Assembly (NCBI GenBank): GCA_046563655.1
Contig: CM102285.1
Span: 7,254,001 to 7,318,000 of the forward strand
Direction of reading: 5' to 3'
DNA from: Yuukianura sp. NJ FZ-2021
Taxonomy: Eukaryota
Length of the DNA: 64,000 nucleotides
Shown here: positions 63,101 to 64,000 of the stretch, in pieces
Numbering within the stretch: position 1 is the first letter of the stretch
Layout: every line of letters starts with the position of its first letter
Program-made: the position numbers and the translations under genes
The notes under the pieces: model-generated
Told to the model about the DNA's origin: nothing
Databases searched by the model: none
Seen by the model: only the letters and a program-made list of their open reading frames with translations

Positions 63101-64000
63101 AAAATGTAGTTTACTCTTCGTTCATTCTCACATTTGCATGATCATTCTCACAAATTTAAGTCGTTTTACGCCAAAATGGTGCTCGGCATTACCCTGGGTG
63201 CGGTATAAAAACCCCAGATAAAATTCGAGGCGGAGCGATTAATCCCGACTTTAAAGTCCGCTCTATCCAGCTTTAATGGCGATCTATCCACACCAATTAC
63301 TGTTCAGATCAAAAAAGAAACCGCAAAAACACCTGCAATCTGTCATGTGCTTTTTTCCTATAAGGAAAAAGAAGCTACTCACTCCTGCCTTCCTTTTTGA
63401 GAAAAGAGGGAAGATTCTTTTTTGACAGCAAAAAAGAAGAGAATTAGAAATTGCGCGGCATGCAGGTGTTATCTCTAGAAACTATTTTTTTTGTGAGTTC
63501 TTCCTTCAGAAAAAAATCATTTGTTGACGGTAACACCTGCAAGCCGCGCAACTTGAAATTCTCTTCCTTTTCGCTGTCAAAAAAGAATCTTCCCTCTTTT
63601 CTCAGGGAAGGAAGGCAGGAGTGAGTAGCGTCTTTTTCCTTATGGGAAAAAAGCACATGACAGATTGCAGGTGTTTTTGCGGTTTCTTTTTTGATCTGAA
63701 CAGTAAACTTGGGGTCCTGCATTACTTTTCAGGAGGATTTCAGAAAAGTAAGTCATTTTCACCCGGCATCGTTCCGCACTGAGGTTTTTCGAATGTTTTG
63801 TTTTGAAACAAATTTTCATAAATAAAAGTAACGAGACCAGGGACGACACAGCAAGTGAAATTGGGTTCATGTAGCCTTTTTTATGAGGATTTCAAAACTG
63901 TAGTTGACGTTTACCCAGTATCGTTGCGGAGTGCAACTTTCTTGAATTTGTTGTTTTGAAACATGAATTTTCATAAATAAAGGTAACAAGATGAGGGACG
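54138..64000. repeat. Satellite array, right part (same family; mostly ~698-bp units, some ~850-bp)
   Basis: Same monomer and spacer. ORF copies recur at ~697-698 spacing (57678, 58376, 59073, 59771) and 1548 spacing (60469/62017). Confidence 0.95.
63300..63703. mobile_element. Tc1/mariner-type MITE (404 bp) inserted in the satellite spacer
   Basis: Long TIRs ctgttcagatcaaaaaagaaaccgc... / ...gcggtttcttttttgatctgaacag. The TA duplication is confirmed by the empty site caccaatTAaacttgg in all other satellite units. Confidence 0.92.

Noticed and set aside
40554..64000. Many repeated 62-113-aa ORFs (MSSLILLPLFMK...) and a CRISPR-like periodic look
   Set aside because: These are by-products of the tandem satellite. 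The intervening sequences are repeated rather than unique spacers, there are no cas genes, and the context is eukaryotic.

Overview
Eukaryotic, AT-rich, intron-dense DNA with short (~55-100 nt) introns; gene content is consistent with an arthropod, possibly a springtail-like hexapod (inference). Bases 1-40.5 kb are gene-rich. They hold an LRR-like secreted protein, an intron-containing Tc1/mariner (rosa-like, DD44D) transposase-derived gene, a bacterial-type crotonase, malectin, an SLC26A11-like transporter, a signal-peptide regucalcin, Arp10 and a C2H2 zinc-finger gene, plus several MITEs and DNA transposons. The ORF track largely misses a cluster of seven small multi-exon genes encoding Cys/Pro-rich proteins without signal peptides (13.5-31.5 kb). 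I reconstructed these by hand from GT-AG splice sites, and all have CAAAATT/CCAAATT-like motifs upstream of the ATG that resemble the Drosophila testis TCE. Bases 40.5-64 kb are a satellite array (155-bp monomer plus a ~233-bp spacer, forming higher-order repeats). It is interrupted by an intact BEL/Pao LTR retrotransposon and a TA-flanked MITE. All gene models are manual predictions with no transcript or database support.
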